From Candidatus Acidiferrales bacterium (lineage in GTDB: Bacteria; Acidobacteriota; Terriglobia; Acidiferrales; UBA7541): DNA of 64,000 nt. The notes beneath the pieces were generated by a model. It was given only the letters and a program-made list of their open reading frames with translations. It did no database searches and was not told where the DNA came from. The position numbers were made by a program, and so were the translations under genes. This document shows, piece after piece, positions 29,676 to 39,300 of this stretch; the stretch's first letter is position 1; every line of letters starts with the position of its first letter. The DNA is taken from assembly GCA_963738985.1 (NCBI GenBank), contig CAVTYP010000014.1:20907-84906 (forward strand). Direction: 5' to 3'.

Positions 29676-31085
29676 TTAAGCAATTTTAGGGTGTTTGCGA
29701 TGCCAATCGGTGGCTTGCTGGAATGTGCGTCCCGCCTGCAGGACAGCGACGTCGTCTCCCGCGCGGGACACAAACTGAATTCCTACCGGCAGATTTTTCT
29801 CCGTGAATCCGCAAGGCACAGAGAGAGCCGGCAAGCCGCAGAGATTGCCGATTCCCCCCAGCGGGTCGGAAAAAGAGAGACCGGTGACTAGATTCAGGTC
29901 CAACGGCGTCGCGCCGACAGGCTGAGATGCCGCTACCAGAACATCGTAAGACTCAAAGAGCGCGCTCATTTTCATTTGCAGAATCTCGCGAATACGTTGT
30001 GCGGTCGTGTAGTCGGCGCCGGAAACTGTCTCGTAGACATAGCCGCCGATGCGGCCCAAAGGATCAGCCAATTCGCGGACGCGCCCGGATTGAATCAAGG
30101 GCGCAAATGCGGACGCTACTTCAGCCTTTACTGTGAGGCTTGCCGCCTGCTCCCACGGCCCCTCGGGAAGGGCAGCGTCCCTCATGCCGGGGAAACGTTT
30201 TTGTAGCACCTTACGTGCGGCTTCAATCGCACGTTGCACGCCCGGATCGAGCTTCGTCCACGCATTCGTCAGCCATCCCAGTTTGAGCGCGCGGCCGCGC
30301 AGCTCGGCGGCGGGAGAATAGGTGAAAGCTGCCTTGTCGATGCCCAGAGTGTCGCGATCCAGCGGGTCGTGACCTGCAATCGCAGCGAAAATGCGCGCGC
30401 AATCCTCCGTCGAGCGCGCCATTGGCCCAATCTTGTCCATTGAGTAGGCCAGCGCCATTGCACCGTAGCGGCTGACTCGGCCGAACGTGGGACGCAAACC
30501 GCTAACTCCACAAAAAGCGGACGGGCAGACAATGGATCCCCAGGTTTCCGTGCCAATTGCGAAGCCCGCCAACCCAGCCGCCACGATGGCTCCCGAGCCG
30601 GAAGAAGAGCCGCACGTCCAACAGGTGGTGTCCCACGGATTTTTCGTTTCGCCCTGCGGTGAGGCAGACGCGTACATGTAGTCCATGCCGCCGGCCAATT
30701 CGATCATTGCTGCTTTCCCGAGCAGGATTGCGCCGGAGTGGTTCAGATGATCGATCACCGTGGCGTTGTAATCGAAAACCTGGTCCGCGTAGGGTTTGGC
30801 GCCCCAGGTTGTGGGAATTCCTTTGACGGCGAGGAGATCCTTGGCGGCGTAGGGTATGCCGTGCAACGGTCCGCGATAGTGGCCGCTTTGAATTTCTTTT
30901 TCCGCGGCGTGCGCTTGTTGCAGCGCCAGATCTGGAGTTAGGCGTGCGTAGGCGTTCAATTTCGGGCCAAGTTTTTCACTGCGCGCAAGGTAGCTTTCCG
31001 TCAATTCAACGGGAGAAAGTTTCTTGGATTCGATTTGTTTGGCCAGCTCACTGACGGATTCGTAGAGAACCGATTCTCCGACCAT
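29676..31085 (-). CDS. amidase-signature family amidase (GatA-like)
   Basis: PYAAKDLLAVKGIPTTWG and the Gly/Ser-rich signature CGSSSGSGAIVAAG. No signal peptide. Confidence 0.8.
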   Translation of the reverse strand: MVGESVLYESVSELAKQIESKKLSPVELTESYLARSEKLGPKLNAYARLTPDLALQQAHAAEKEIQSGHYRGPLHGIPYAAKDLLAVKGIPTTWGAKPYADQVFDYNATVIDHLNHSGAILLGKAAMIELAGGMDYMYASASPQGETKNPWDTTCWTCGSSSGSGAIVAAGLAGFAIGTETWGSIVCPSAFCGVSGLRPTFGRVSRYGAMALAYSMDKIGPMARSTEDCARIFAAIAGHDPLDRDTLGIDKAAFTYSPAAELRGRALKLGWLTNAWTKLDPGVQRAIEAARKVLQKRFPGMRDAALPEGPWEQAASLTVKAEVASAFAPLIQSGRVRELADPLGRIGGYVYETVSGADYTTAQRIREILQMKMSALFESYDVLVAASQPVGATPLDLNLVTGLSFSDPLGGIGNLCGLPALSVPCGFTEKNLPVGIQFVSRAGDDVAVLQAGRTFQQATDWHRKHPKIA

Positions 31086-31099
31086 TTCGTATGCTCCAA

Positions 31100-31519
31100 T
31101 CAGGATTTGTTCGCGGAAGCCGCGGGGACCTTAGTCGGGGCAGGCTTGATTTTAGCGTCACGATCAACCAGAGGCTTCAGGAAAAGAGCAGGCACGTCTC
31201 CATTGTTGAGCGGGTAGGCGCGAACTTGCTCGAGCGTCGTTTGCAGCGAATAACAAAGGGCTTTCGTGTGCTTCTTCTCCTCATCGTTTAAACGATTGCC
31301 GTACCGACTCAGAACGATCTGAAAGCGGGCGTCGGCTTCCGTTTCGCCTTCCGCCGAAAGTTTCGGCAGGTCCGCGGCCTGCGCTGAAGCCAAAGTGTTT
31401 GGGAACGCCTCTGCCGGTAGCATTATTCCTGCAGGGACAATCGAAGCGGTGGCTGAGAGCAACGCAGCGCGCTGCGCGAACTCACGTCGAGAGAACTTGT
31501 GGTCTTTGCTTTGCTTCAT
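31100..31519 (-). CDS. small Tat-signal protein of unknown function, upstream partner of the amidase
   Basis: The ATG at 31519 gives MKQSKDHKFSRREFAQRAALLSATASIVPAG, a twin-arginine motif. It ends 14 nt before the amidase start. Confidence 0.5.
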   Translation of the reverse strand: MKQSKDHKFSRREFAQRAALLSATASIVPAGIMLPAEAFPNTLASAQAADLPKLSAEGETEADARFQIVLSRYGNRLNDEEKKHTKALCYSLQTTLEQVRAYPLNNGDVPALFLKPLVDRDAKIKPAPTKVPAASANKS

Positions 31520-31644
31520 TCCGCACCTCTCGAACCAAAGCGGTGTCGCAGGGCAGTGCAGGGTGAGGCTACTCAATTCGAATCGGAGCGTCAACTAATC
31601 GAGGCCGCGAATGTTGAAAACGGGCCCCTGAAGAATTTTGGCGG

Positions 31645-32466
31645 TTAGTCGACTTGCGTCAATGTGCGCACATGAAGCTCAAGAGCCTGGTTATATTGCC
31701 GCTCAATCTGCAGCTCCGTCTGCAGCTTCTTGATCAGCAATTCGAGATGCGCAATTTCCGCGCGCAGCTTTTGCACGTCACTTACATGCGATGTCGGCCG
31801 CGAGCCAACAGGCGGGTTTGCGGCGTGAGGCTGCTGCGATGCAGCCGAACTCTGCTGGACAAAAGCCTCTGCCAGCGCTCGTGGCCACGCCGAATCCGTG
31901 GACCTCTGCTCAGCCACATTTGGCGACGGTACGGGCACAGGCTGCATGGGCGGTCGAGGTTGAGGAACGGTGGACTGTTGTGGCGCAAAAAGACTGCTCA
32001 ACGAAGGTCCGCCAGCAGGACGCTCCGTTGCCACCAGTGGGGGCGCGGCGGTGTGACCCAGCAGATTCTTCACCCGGCCAATCAATTCCTGCGGCTGAAA
32101 CGGCTTTCTGACCAACTCGTCGGCCTGCACGGCCACGGCACGATCGGCAACGTTCTTATTCACCACGCCTGACATCAGAATCACCGGCGTCTTGCCATAC
32201 GTGGGACTCTGCTTGATCTGGCTGCACACCGAATAGCCATCCTGGTCCGGCATGATTACGTCTGTGATGACCACGTCGGGCGGATGCTCTTCGAACTGCG
32301 AGAGCGCCGAGGAAGCATCGGAGCAAGTAATCACGTGAATGTTTTCGCGGCGAAAAGCGATCTTGATGACTTCGCGCATTGTCGCGCTGTCATCAATGAA
32401 ATAGACATTGGGTGTGTGCTTCGCTTCCGCCTCGCTGAGCGGCGGCATGGCGATAGTCTCGCTCAC
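31645..32466 (-). CDS. response-regulator receiver protein with Pro-rich linker and C-terminal coiled coil
   Basis: REC motifs VYFIDDS ... VVITDVIMPDQDG ... VRKPF. The tail is VQKLRAEIAHLELLIKKLQTELQIERQYNQ. Confidence 0.75.
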   Translation of the reverse strand: MSETIAMPPLSEAEAKHTPNVYFIDDSATMREVIKIAFRRENIHVITCSDASSALSQFEEHPPDVVITDVIMPDQDGYSVCSQIKQSPTYGKTPVILMSGVVNKNVADRAVAVQADELVRKPFQPQELIGRVKNLLGHTAAPPLVATERPAGGPSLSSLFAPQQSTVPQPRPPMQPVPVPSPNVAEQRSTDSAWPRALAEAFVQQSSAASQQPHAANPPVGSRPTSHVSDVQKLRAEIAHLELLIKKLQTELQIERQYNQALELHVRTLTQVD

Positions 32467-33239
32467 AAAGCCTCCTTGTCCGCTAGTTCATTGTCGTGAA
32501 GGTTTTCGTCGAATTCGCGCATCGCATCCAGCATCAAGTCAGTCGCCGAACGCAAAACAGTTCGCTGCGCGGAACTTGCACCGTATACAAATTTGTACAC
32601 GCCGGTAGACTGCACGCAGCTTTTCAGGATGTGCAGCACGGCCTCGTCGCCAAACAAGGCGCCACACTCTGCGTGGACAATCTCGCCGGCATCAAAAAAC
32701 AGGACCGCGTCCGTTTCTCCCGCGTTGATCGTCAACGCGCCGCTCTGGTGTGCGTGCCCGAGCATTTGCATCACGCCGGTCAGGTCATGATGGGTCAAAT
32801 TGCCGCTCAGGCTGGTATCCGCTTGTCCGAGCATCTGCGTCGGTTGGAAACCGTCGACCTTGCTGATGATGATGTTCTTGATGTGTGTGGCGATGGTAGC
32901 CGGGGCCAGATGGCGATCGATGTAATCGTCGCAACCGGCTTGAAATGCCTCCATCAGGGCGCGCTGGCTTCCGTCACCCATCGCGATAATTGGCAGTAAA
33001 GCGTTTTTCGCGTCGGAGTGCACGATTTTTGCCATTTCGAGAGCGCCCATTTCGCGCATCTTGGTGGCGCAGACAATAGCGGCCGGAGGGTCATACTCCA
33101 GCGTGGTCAATGCAAATCCCGCTTGCGTGCTGATGGTGACCTCAAATCCCTCGCGCTTCAGCGCGTCGCCAAGGCGCTTGGCAAACAGCACATTGCTGTC
33201 GATCAAAAGGACTTTGGCGGCTTTGCCCGGAACGATCAT
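32463..33239 (-). CDS. receiver domain fused to a DUF4388 (PATAN-like) domain
   Basis: N-terminal REC (KVLLIDSNVLFAKRL ...). The C-terminal GNLTHHDLTGVMQMLGHAHQSGALTINAGETDAVLFFDAGEIVHAECG...GDEAVLHILK is the DUF4388 pattern. Confidence 0.65.
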   Translation of the reverse strand: MIVPGKAAKVLLIDSNVLFAKRLGDALKREGFEVTISTQAGFALTTLEYDPPAAIVCATKMREMGALEMAKIVHSDAKNALLPIIAMGDGSQRALMEAFQAGCDDYIDRHLAPATIATHIKNIIISKVDGFQPTQMLGQADTSLSGNLTHHDLTGVMQMLGHAHQSGALTINAGETDAVLFFDAGEIVHAECGALFGDEAVLHILKSCVQSTGVYKFVYGASSAQRTVLRSATDLMLDAMREFDENLHDNELADKEAL

Positions 33240-33715
33240 GCGCGCGCCTCCGGGACGGACTGCCTATTTGGTATTTCCTGCGCCGGCTGAATTCCGGGCG
33301 TCAGCGCCGCAAGATTCAGCACTTCGATTACCTCGCCATCATGAGAAAGCCATGCAGCGACATGGGGAGAATCGCTCGGCCCGGCTGGCGTCAGGTCCGC
33401 ACGGATCAGTTCGCATTCGCCGCTCACGGGCAAGGCCACCGTCTCTTTCGCGGCACCGTACGAGCGCATTGCAATCAAGTAGAAGCGTCGCGACGTCAGT
33501 TTTTTTCCAATGAGTGTTTCCGCCAGATCACATACCGGAACAGTGCGCCCGCGTCGCAAAATCACGCCATCGATTTCCGGGGTGCGATGGGGAAAACGGA
33601 AAATGCGGCTGGGCGGCACCAGTTCGGCAACCTGATCTGCGGCCAGGGCGAATCGTCGCTCGCCAAGCCGCAACAGGACGCAGGAACGCGAATCTGCTTG
33701 ATCGTTCCAGCTCAT
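33236..33715 (-). CDS. divergent CheW-like coupling protein
   Basis: CVLLRLGERRFALAADQVAELV...EIDGVILRRGRTVPVCDLAETL follows the CheW-domain pattern. 4-nt overlaps on both sides. Confidence 0.65.
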   Translation of the reverse strand: MSWNDQADSRSCVLLRLGERRFALAADQVAELVPPSRIFRFPHRTPEIDGVILRRGRTVPVCDLAETLIGKKLTSRRFYLIAMRSYGAAKETVALPVSGECELIRADLTPAGPSDSPHVAAWLSHDGEVIEVLNLAALTPGIQPAQEIPNRQSVPEARA

Positions 33716-34251
33716 GGAGCAACTCTCATTTCCGAATCCAAATTGGTTTCGTCGTTCAGCTGCGGCCCCGTGGTTGCATCGAGGAAGTCCAGTTCCTCAC
33801 CAGTCAGAAATCCTTCAGGGCTCACAACCGGAAGTACGTTCTGTTCCAGCACCGTCAATCCGCGATACCAGGTTCGTTCCTCATGGCAGAGCGAAGCGGG
33901 CAGTGCCTGCAATCGCGTCATGGTGGTCATTTTTTCGATGCCGTCAATTAACAACGCGACGCGCGACTTACGCAGTAGGAAGATCAGCGCTGGCGGCGAA
34001 GGCTTCAGTCCAAAATGAAGCGCAGTGTTCACCACGTAGATGCTGCGCTCGCCGCGTCGTAGCGCATGCCGCACTTTCGCGATGGTGGTCGAGTTCACCT
34101 CGCACGCCGCGCCCGCCAGGCTGTCTACGCTCCGCACCTCTTGCACCGATGCGGACGAGATCGCGAAAATCTGATTGCTGCAGCGGAACAGAATGATCTG
34201 CTCCGTCCGCACGGGATGGCCTCGGAGAACTGGCGCAGAACCGGGGGCCAT
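33712..34251 (-). CDS. divergent CheW-like coupling protein
   Basis: IILFRCSNQIFAISSASVQEVRSV ... RGLTVLEQNVLPVVSPEGFL has a CheW-like topology but is weaker than the other copies. Confidence 0.5.
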   Translation of the reverse strand: MAPGSAPVLRGHPVRTEQIILFRCSNQIFAISSASVQEVRSVDSLAGAACEVNSTTIAKVRHALRRGERSIYVVNTALHFGLKPSPPALIFLLRKSRVALLIDGIEKMTTMTRLQALPASLCHEERTWYRGLTVLEQNVLPVVSPEGFLTGEELDFLDATTGPQLNDETNLDSEMRVAP

Positions 34252-35381
34252 CAGCGCACTCCCACCGGCAGAGCTTTGCTCAGGCTGAGAACTCGCTTCT
34301 CGATGGCCGGATAAATATCATCGAGGGGCAGCACTTGTTCCACGCAGCCGGTCTTGATGGCTTCGTCCGGCATCCCAAAAATCACAGAAGTCGCTTCGTC
34401 TTGCGCCAACACGATGCCGCCCGCGGCTTTGATTACTCGGGATCCTCGCGCGCCGTCGCAACCCATTCCCGTCAGCACCACGCCAATGCTCATCGCACCC
34501 GCAAACGAGGCGACTGACTCCATGGTCACATCGATGTTCGGCAGGTATCCTTCGATGCGGCCGGTCGTTGCGTCCAACTGGATTCGTCCGGTAGGAGCGA
34601 CGCGAAGGTGATGGCCGCCCGGGCAGATGTACAGCACGCCCGCCTGAACCGATTCGTTGTGTTCCGCCTCTTTCACGCGAATATTCGTGAATTCCGCCAA
34701 TTGCAGCGCGTACTGTGTGGTGAAAGATGCGGGCATATGCTGCACCAGAAAAACCGCCGCAGGAAAATCGCGCGTGAAGCCCGGCGCCATGCGCATAACC
34801 GTGGCCGGTCCGCCAGTGGAAGCGGCGAGCACCACAACCGGGAATCGCATGTCATTCGAAAAATTAGTGGCGGGCGTTGTAGGCCGAGGCGTCGGAATCG
34901 TTGGCACTGGCTTGGCCGCCGGCGATTGCACCGCGTTGACCATTCGTGATGCCGTGCGCACTACGCGAACCTTCGCGGCCATGCGAACTTTCCGCAGCAA
35001 GTCTTCCTTGATGCTTTGCATGTCCAGATCGATCCCGCCCGAGGGCTTGGTCACAAACTCGATGGCGCCCAGTTCCAGCGCCTTCAGCGTGCTGGCGGCG
35101 CCTTCCCGAGTTTCTGAGCTGACCACCACGATGGGCCGCGGGTTGCTGGTCATGATGTGCGCGGTGGCTTGCAGGCCATCCAGGTGCGGCATATTCAAAT
35201 CCATGGTAATGACGTCGGGCTTTAGAGTCTCCGCCAGTGCGATTGCCTCTCGCCCGTCTCTGGCCTTGCCGACCACCTGCAGCAGGTCGTCGGCGTTAAA
35301 AATGGTTTCCAGGACCTTGCACATGAACGCGGAATCGTCCACAACGAGCACGCGAAACTTTTTTTGTGGGCTGGTTACCAT
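34251..35381 (-). CDS. cheB: protein-glutamate methylesterase CheB (REC + esterase)
   Basis: RVLVVDDSAFM...DVITMDLNMPHLDG receiver. VVLAASTGGPATV and GMGCDGARG esterase motifs. Confidence 0.9.
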   Translation of the reverse strand: MVTSPQKKFRVLVVDDSAFMCKVLETIFNADDLLQVVGKARDGREAIALAETLKPDVITMDLNMPHLDGLQATAHIMTSNPRPIVVVSSETREGAASTLKALELGAIEFVTKPSGGIDLDMQSIKEDLLRKVRMAAKVRVVRTASRMVNAVQSPAAKPVPTIPTPRPTTPATNFSNDMRFPVVVLAASTGGPATVMRMAPGFTRDFPAAVFLVQHMPASFTTQYALQLAEFTNIRVKEAEHNESVQAGVLYICPGGHHLRVAPTGRIQLDATTGRIEGYLPNIDVTMESVASFAGAMSIGVVLTGMGCDGARGSRVIKAAGGIVLAQDEATSVIFGMPDEAIKTGCVEQVLPLDDIYPAIEKRVLSLSKALPVGVR

Positions 35382-35388
35382 CGCTCGT

Positions 35389-38370
35389 CTATCCGACCGG
35401 CACGTTCGGGCGTGCCGCCTCCGTGCCCATCAATTGCTCGACCGCCGCCAATAGCTGATCTTCCTGCACCGGTTTGGTGAGGAACGCCGCCGCGCCTTCC
35501 TTCAGCGCACGGTCGCGGTGTTTTGCGCCTGCGCGCGAGGTCACCACCATCACCGGTATGCGCCGCGTCGACGGGCTCTGTCGCAGCTGCGCCATCAATT
35601 CGTAACCGGTCATGCGCGGCATCTCAAGGTCTGTGATCACCAGGTGACAGCCGTGTTGTGCCACCAGTTCGGCTGCTTCCAGACCGTCCGCGGCCAGCTT
35701 GATGCGGTAGCCATTCTTTTCCAGCATGCGGCCGACGAATTTTCTGACGCTGATGGAATCGTCTGCGATCACGATGACGCGTTCCTGCTCCACGCGATCG
35801 ATCGCGTCGGTGGGAATCGTGCCGCGAGCCACGGCTGTGGATCCGGGCGCGAACACGCGTGCGGCGCTGGCACTTGCCTGGATCGCGCGGCGGTCGTTGG
35901 GTTCGCTGGCCACCATGCGGTTCAAATCGATCAGCAGAATCAAACTGCCGTCGGGCGCGATCGTCGTACCGGGGAAAAGTTTTACGCGGCGCAGGTATTC
36001 ACCGAGATTCTTGATCACGATTTCGTCTTTGCCGAGAACCTCCTCGACTACCAGGCCGATCTGACGGCTTCCGGCATTTGCCACCACCATCCGGAAATAG
36101 CCGTTGATAGGCTCTAACGGCGGCAGGCCCAAATAGGAGTCCAGGCGCACCACTTCGGTGACTACGTCGCGGACCTTGGTGAGCAGCTTCCCGCCAACAT
36201 CTTCAATTTCATCGGCGCGGATTCGACGAATTTCCTCGACCACCGCCAGCGGCAAGGCAAAGTGGCTCGAACCGCAGCGCACGAACAGAGCGGGCGAAAT
36301 AATCAGCGTGAGTGGAACCTTCAAGGTGAACTTGGTGCCTTGTCCGCTGGTGCTCTGCACTTCAATTTCGCCATTCAGCGCGTTCAGGTTGGAGCGCACG
36401 ACATCGAGCCCGACACCGCGGCCGGCAAGTTCGGTTTTCACGGAAGCCGTGGAGAAGCCGGGGTGAAACAGCATTTCGCGCAAATCGCGTTCGGTCAATC
36501 GGCCAGCCGTCTCCTGAGATACCAACCCAGATTCGATCGCGGTTTGCTTGACGCGCTCGTAGTCGATACCGCGACCGTCGTCCTCCACCTCGATGTAAAT
36601 GTGATTGCCCCGGTGGTAGGCGCGAAGAAGTACTTTGCCCTGCTCGGATTTCCCGGCCAAGGCCCGATCTTCGACGCCCTCGATTCCGTGGGCCACCGAA
36701 TTACGCACCAGGTGGACGAGGGGATCCGAAATCTGCTGAATAATATTATTGTCGAGTTCGGTCTCGCTGCCGGAGAAGTCCAGTTCGACATGCTTCCTGG
36801 CTGATTGTGCGGCGTCGCGTACCGTGCGCGACAACAGGGAATATAGCGTTCCGATGGGAACCATTCGCGCCGCGGTGATTTCGTCTTGCAGATGGTGCGC
36901 CAACTTCGTGAATTCGTCGATGTCGCCTTCCACGCGCCCGATAAAACCTTCCAGTTGCGACAATACTTCGTTCACGTCTGCGGAAATTTCTGTCATGGAC
37001 CGCGACAGAATGTTGAAGTCGTCGTACCGGTCCATCTCCAGTTCGCCGAAATCCTCCCAGAACGCGCCATCACCGGCGGCAGCGTTGTTCAGTATTTGCT
37101 TGGTCTGTTTTGCCGCCCACGGTGTGCCTAGTTGTGTGTTGCGAATGCGGTTGAACTCATACTTATCCTGGAATTCGCTGACTTTGCCTTGCAGGCGTTC
37201 TTTGGAAAAACTGAGTGTTTCGATCAGCTTCTCGAGTTCCGCGACGCGGCCCACCATTTTGGTGCGGTTGATCACCAATTCGCCGACTGTGTTCATCATG
37301 CGGTCTAGCCGTGCAAGCGCGATGCGCACCGACTTTGCTACTGGCGTAGGTTTCTTTCCGGCGGGTTGCGGGGTCTTTGCGATCGCTTGTGTTGTCGCCG
37401 CTGCGGCCGCATCTTCTTCGGCCGTAAACTCGGGAGCAGGGACTTCGGCCGATTCTTCTTCGGCGTCTTGCGGCGCGAATTCTGCCACTCGGCCAAGCAA
37501 CGAATCCACGCCAGCGCGCATTTCGGCTTCGTCAGCCCACTCGCGGCGCAACGTCTTCTTCAGCACGTCGACCGAAGCGAGACACAGATCCACGACCGCG
37601 GGCGAAGGCTGAATTGCTCCATCGCGCAGGCGCCCAATCAAATCCTCCACGCGGTGCGCGATCGCTCCCAAACGCTTCAGGCCAACCTGCGCGGCCGAGC
37701 CTTTCACGGTATGTATCGCGCGGAACAACCGATTCACTTCTTCCGGATTGTTGTTGCCTTCCAGAGACAGCAGGCAATCGCTCACCACTTGCAGGTGTTC
37801 TTCCGCTTCCGGCTGGAAAAATTCGAGGATTTCGTCGGGAACCTCATCGTCGGCGGGAAGAGCATCGAAATACGATCCCGTTAGCCCGGTCTGAGCCGCG
37901 GGAGGTTCTTCAATCGAACTGTAGAGGCCAGTGGGTCTGTCCTGTTCCGTAGCTTCCAGATTCAGCGGCGGTGGATCGGGCGGGAACGCGAAGCGGTAGC
38001 GCTCTTTAAACGTGGCCACGTCCTCCACATTCTCCTGACCGGTATCGCTGATTTCGATCAAGCTCGTTTCCAGCAGGGAAATGCCGTCGGACAGAAATTC
38101 GGTCAGCGGCCCGTGAAGATCGTCGCCCAGCGGCGCGTTCAGTGCATATTGGAAGATGTGGGCGAGTTTTCCGGCCACTTCGGAAAATCGCGGAAAGCCG
38201 TAGCTCGCCGAAGTTCCCTTCAGCGTGTGAGCAGCGATGTATAGCCGCTCCATATCCTCTTGCCGCGGAGTGACTTCTTGTAGCACACCGACGTACTCCC
38301 GCAGATACTGCAGGTGCTCCGAAGCTTCCTGGAGGAAAAGCTCGACGGCTTCGCGATCCGGCGTACTCAC
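35389..38370 (-). CDS. cheA: hybrid chemotaxis histidine kinase CheA (2x HPt - dimerisation - HATPase - CheW - REC)
   Basis: Two HPt sites AHTLKGTSASYGF and IHTVKGSAAQVGL. N-box DPLVHLVRNSVAHGIE. GRGVGLDVV. C-terminal receiver VIADDS...LVITDLEMPRMTG...LTKP. The start is assigned to GTG 38370, overlapping the cheR stop (GTGA). Confidence 0.9.
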   Translation of the reverse strand: MSTPDREAVELFLQEASEHLQYLREYVGVLQEVTPRQEDMERLYIAAHTLKGTSASYGFPRFSEVAGKLAHIFQYALNAPLGDDLHGPLTEFLSDGISLLETSLIEISDTGQENVEDVATFKERYRFAFPPDPPPLNLEATEQDRPTGLYSSIEEPPAAQTGLTGSYFDALPADDEVPDEILEFFQPEAEEHLQVVSDCLLSLEGNNNPEEVNRLFRAIHTVKGSAAQVGLKRLGAIAHRVEDLIGRLRDGAIQPSPAVVDLCLASVDVLKKTLRREWADEAEMRAGVDSLLGRVAEFAPQDAEEESAEVPAPEFTAEEDAAAAATTQAIAKTPQPAGKKPTPVAKSVRIALARLDRMMNTVGELVINRTKMVGRVAELEKLIETLSFSKERLQGKVSEFQDKYEFNRIRNTQLGTPWAAKQTKQILNNAAAGDGAFWEDFGELEMDRYDDFNILSRSMTEISADVNEVLSQLEGFIGRVEGDIDEFTKLAHHLQDEITAARMVPIGTLYSLLSRTVRDAAQSARKHVELDFSGSETELDNNIIQQISDPLVHLVRNSVAHGIEGVEDRALAGKSEQGKVLLRAYHRGNHIYIEVEDDGRGIDYERVKQTAIESGLVSQETAGRLTERDLREMLFHPGFSTASVKTELAGRGVGLDVVRSNLNALNGEIEVQSTSGQGTKFTLKVPLTLIISPALFVRCGSSHFALPLAVVEEIRRIRADEIEDVGGKLLTKVRDVVTEVVRLDSYLGLPPLEPINGYFRMVVANAGSRQIGLVVEEVLGKDEIVIKNLGEYLRRVKLFPGTTIAPDGSLILLIDLNRMVASEPNDRRAIQASASAARVFAPGSTAVARGTIPTDAIDRVEQERVIVIADDSISVRKFVGRMLEKNGYRIKLAADGLEAAELVAQHGCHLVITDLEMPRMTGYELMAQLRQSPSTRRIPVMVVTSRAGAKHRDRALKEGAAAFLTKPVQEDQLLAAVEQLMGTEAARPNVPVG

Positions 38371-39251
38371 GCGCGTCCCTCCGCTACCAGTTCCCCCTTG
38401 AACAATTCTTCTGCCGTTGGCTTTCGGTACAAGATGCAATCGCCCAGAACGATGGCCTGGAATTTCACCGGCATTTTGGAAATGGACTCGGAGTGCCCGA
38501 GAAATAGATATCCGCCCGGCTCCAACGCTTCGTAAAAGCGCTGCACCAGGGTCTGCCGGCGTTCTTCCGTAAAGTAGATCAGCACGTTCATGCAGAAAAT
38601 AAGGTCCATGCGGCCCAGATATACCGGTGACGCCAGATTCATCTGAGCAAACGAAATCATTTTGCGTAAGCGCGGTTTTACCTGAAACCCGCCATCGACC
38701 GGCGTAAAGTGTGCGGCCAGTTGCTTCTCGCTTACGCTGCCAATGCTGCGGCCGGAATAGGTGGCGCGCTCAGCGTGACGCAGCGCTTGTCGGCCCACGT
38801 CCGTCGCAAGGATTTCCACATTCCAGGCATCGGCAAAGGAAAGGGAATCCACGATAGTGATGGCGATCGAATAAGGCTCTTCACCCGTGGAACAACCAGC
38901 GCTCCACACGCGCAGTGTTCGCGGATTGGTCCAAAATTTCTTGGTGTGTAGTTCAGGCAACACGCGCTTTTCAAATGCGTCGTATACTGCCGGATAACGG
39001 AAGAACGAGGTCTCCTGGGTTAGCAACCGCTCCAGAAGGGCCTCGTATTCTACATTCGATTTGCGAATGGTCCGCAGGAGATCACCGCCACGCTGCTGTT
39101 CCTTCGCGTGCAGATGCTCTCGCACGCGCGTGGAGAAGAATCTCTCTCGCGATTCGTCGAAGTGAATGCCCGTCCGCTCTTCAATCAGCATGCGGATCTC
39201 GCTCAATTCGTGTTCGCTCAAACCGTGTCCCGCCCCGTGGCGTTCGCTCAT
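38367..39251 (-). CDS. cheR: chemotaxis protein methyltransferase CheR
   Basis: ETSFFRYP, RVWSAGCSTGEEPYSIAI, IFCMNVLIYF. Confidence 0.9.
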   Translation of the reverse strand: MSERHGAGHGLSEHELSEIRMLIEERTGIHFDESRERFFSTRVREHLHAKEQQRGGDLLRTIRKSNVEYEALLERLLTQETSFFRYPAVYDAFEKRVLPELHTKKFWTNPRTLRVWSAGCSTGEEPYSIAITIVDSLSFADAWNVEILATDVGRQALRHAERATYSGRSIGSVSEKQLAAHFTPVDGGFQVKPRLRKMISFAQMNLASPVYLGRMDLIFCMNVLIYFTEERRQTLVQRFYEALEPGGYLFLGHSESISKMPVKFQAIVLGDCILYRKPTAEELFKGELVAEGRA

Positions 39252-39300
39252 GGCCGTCCCACTCTAGCTCCGGCGAATTCTCCGGAACTCGAACCTGTTG

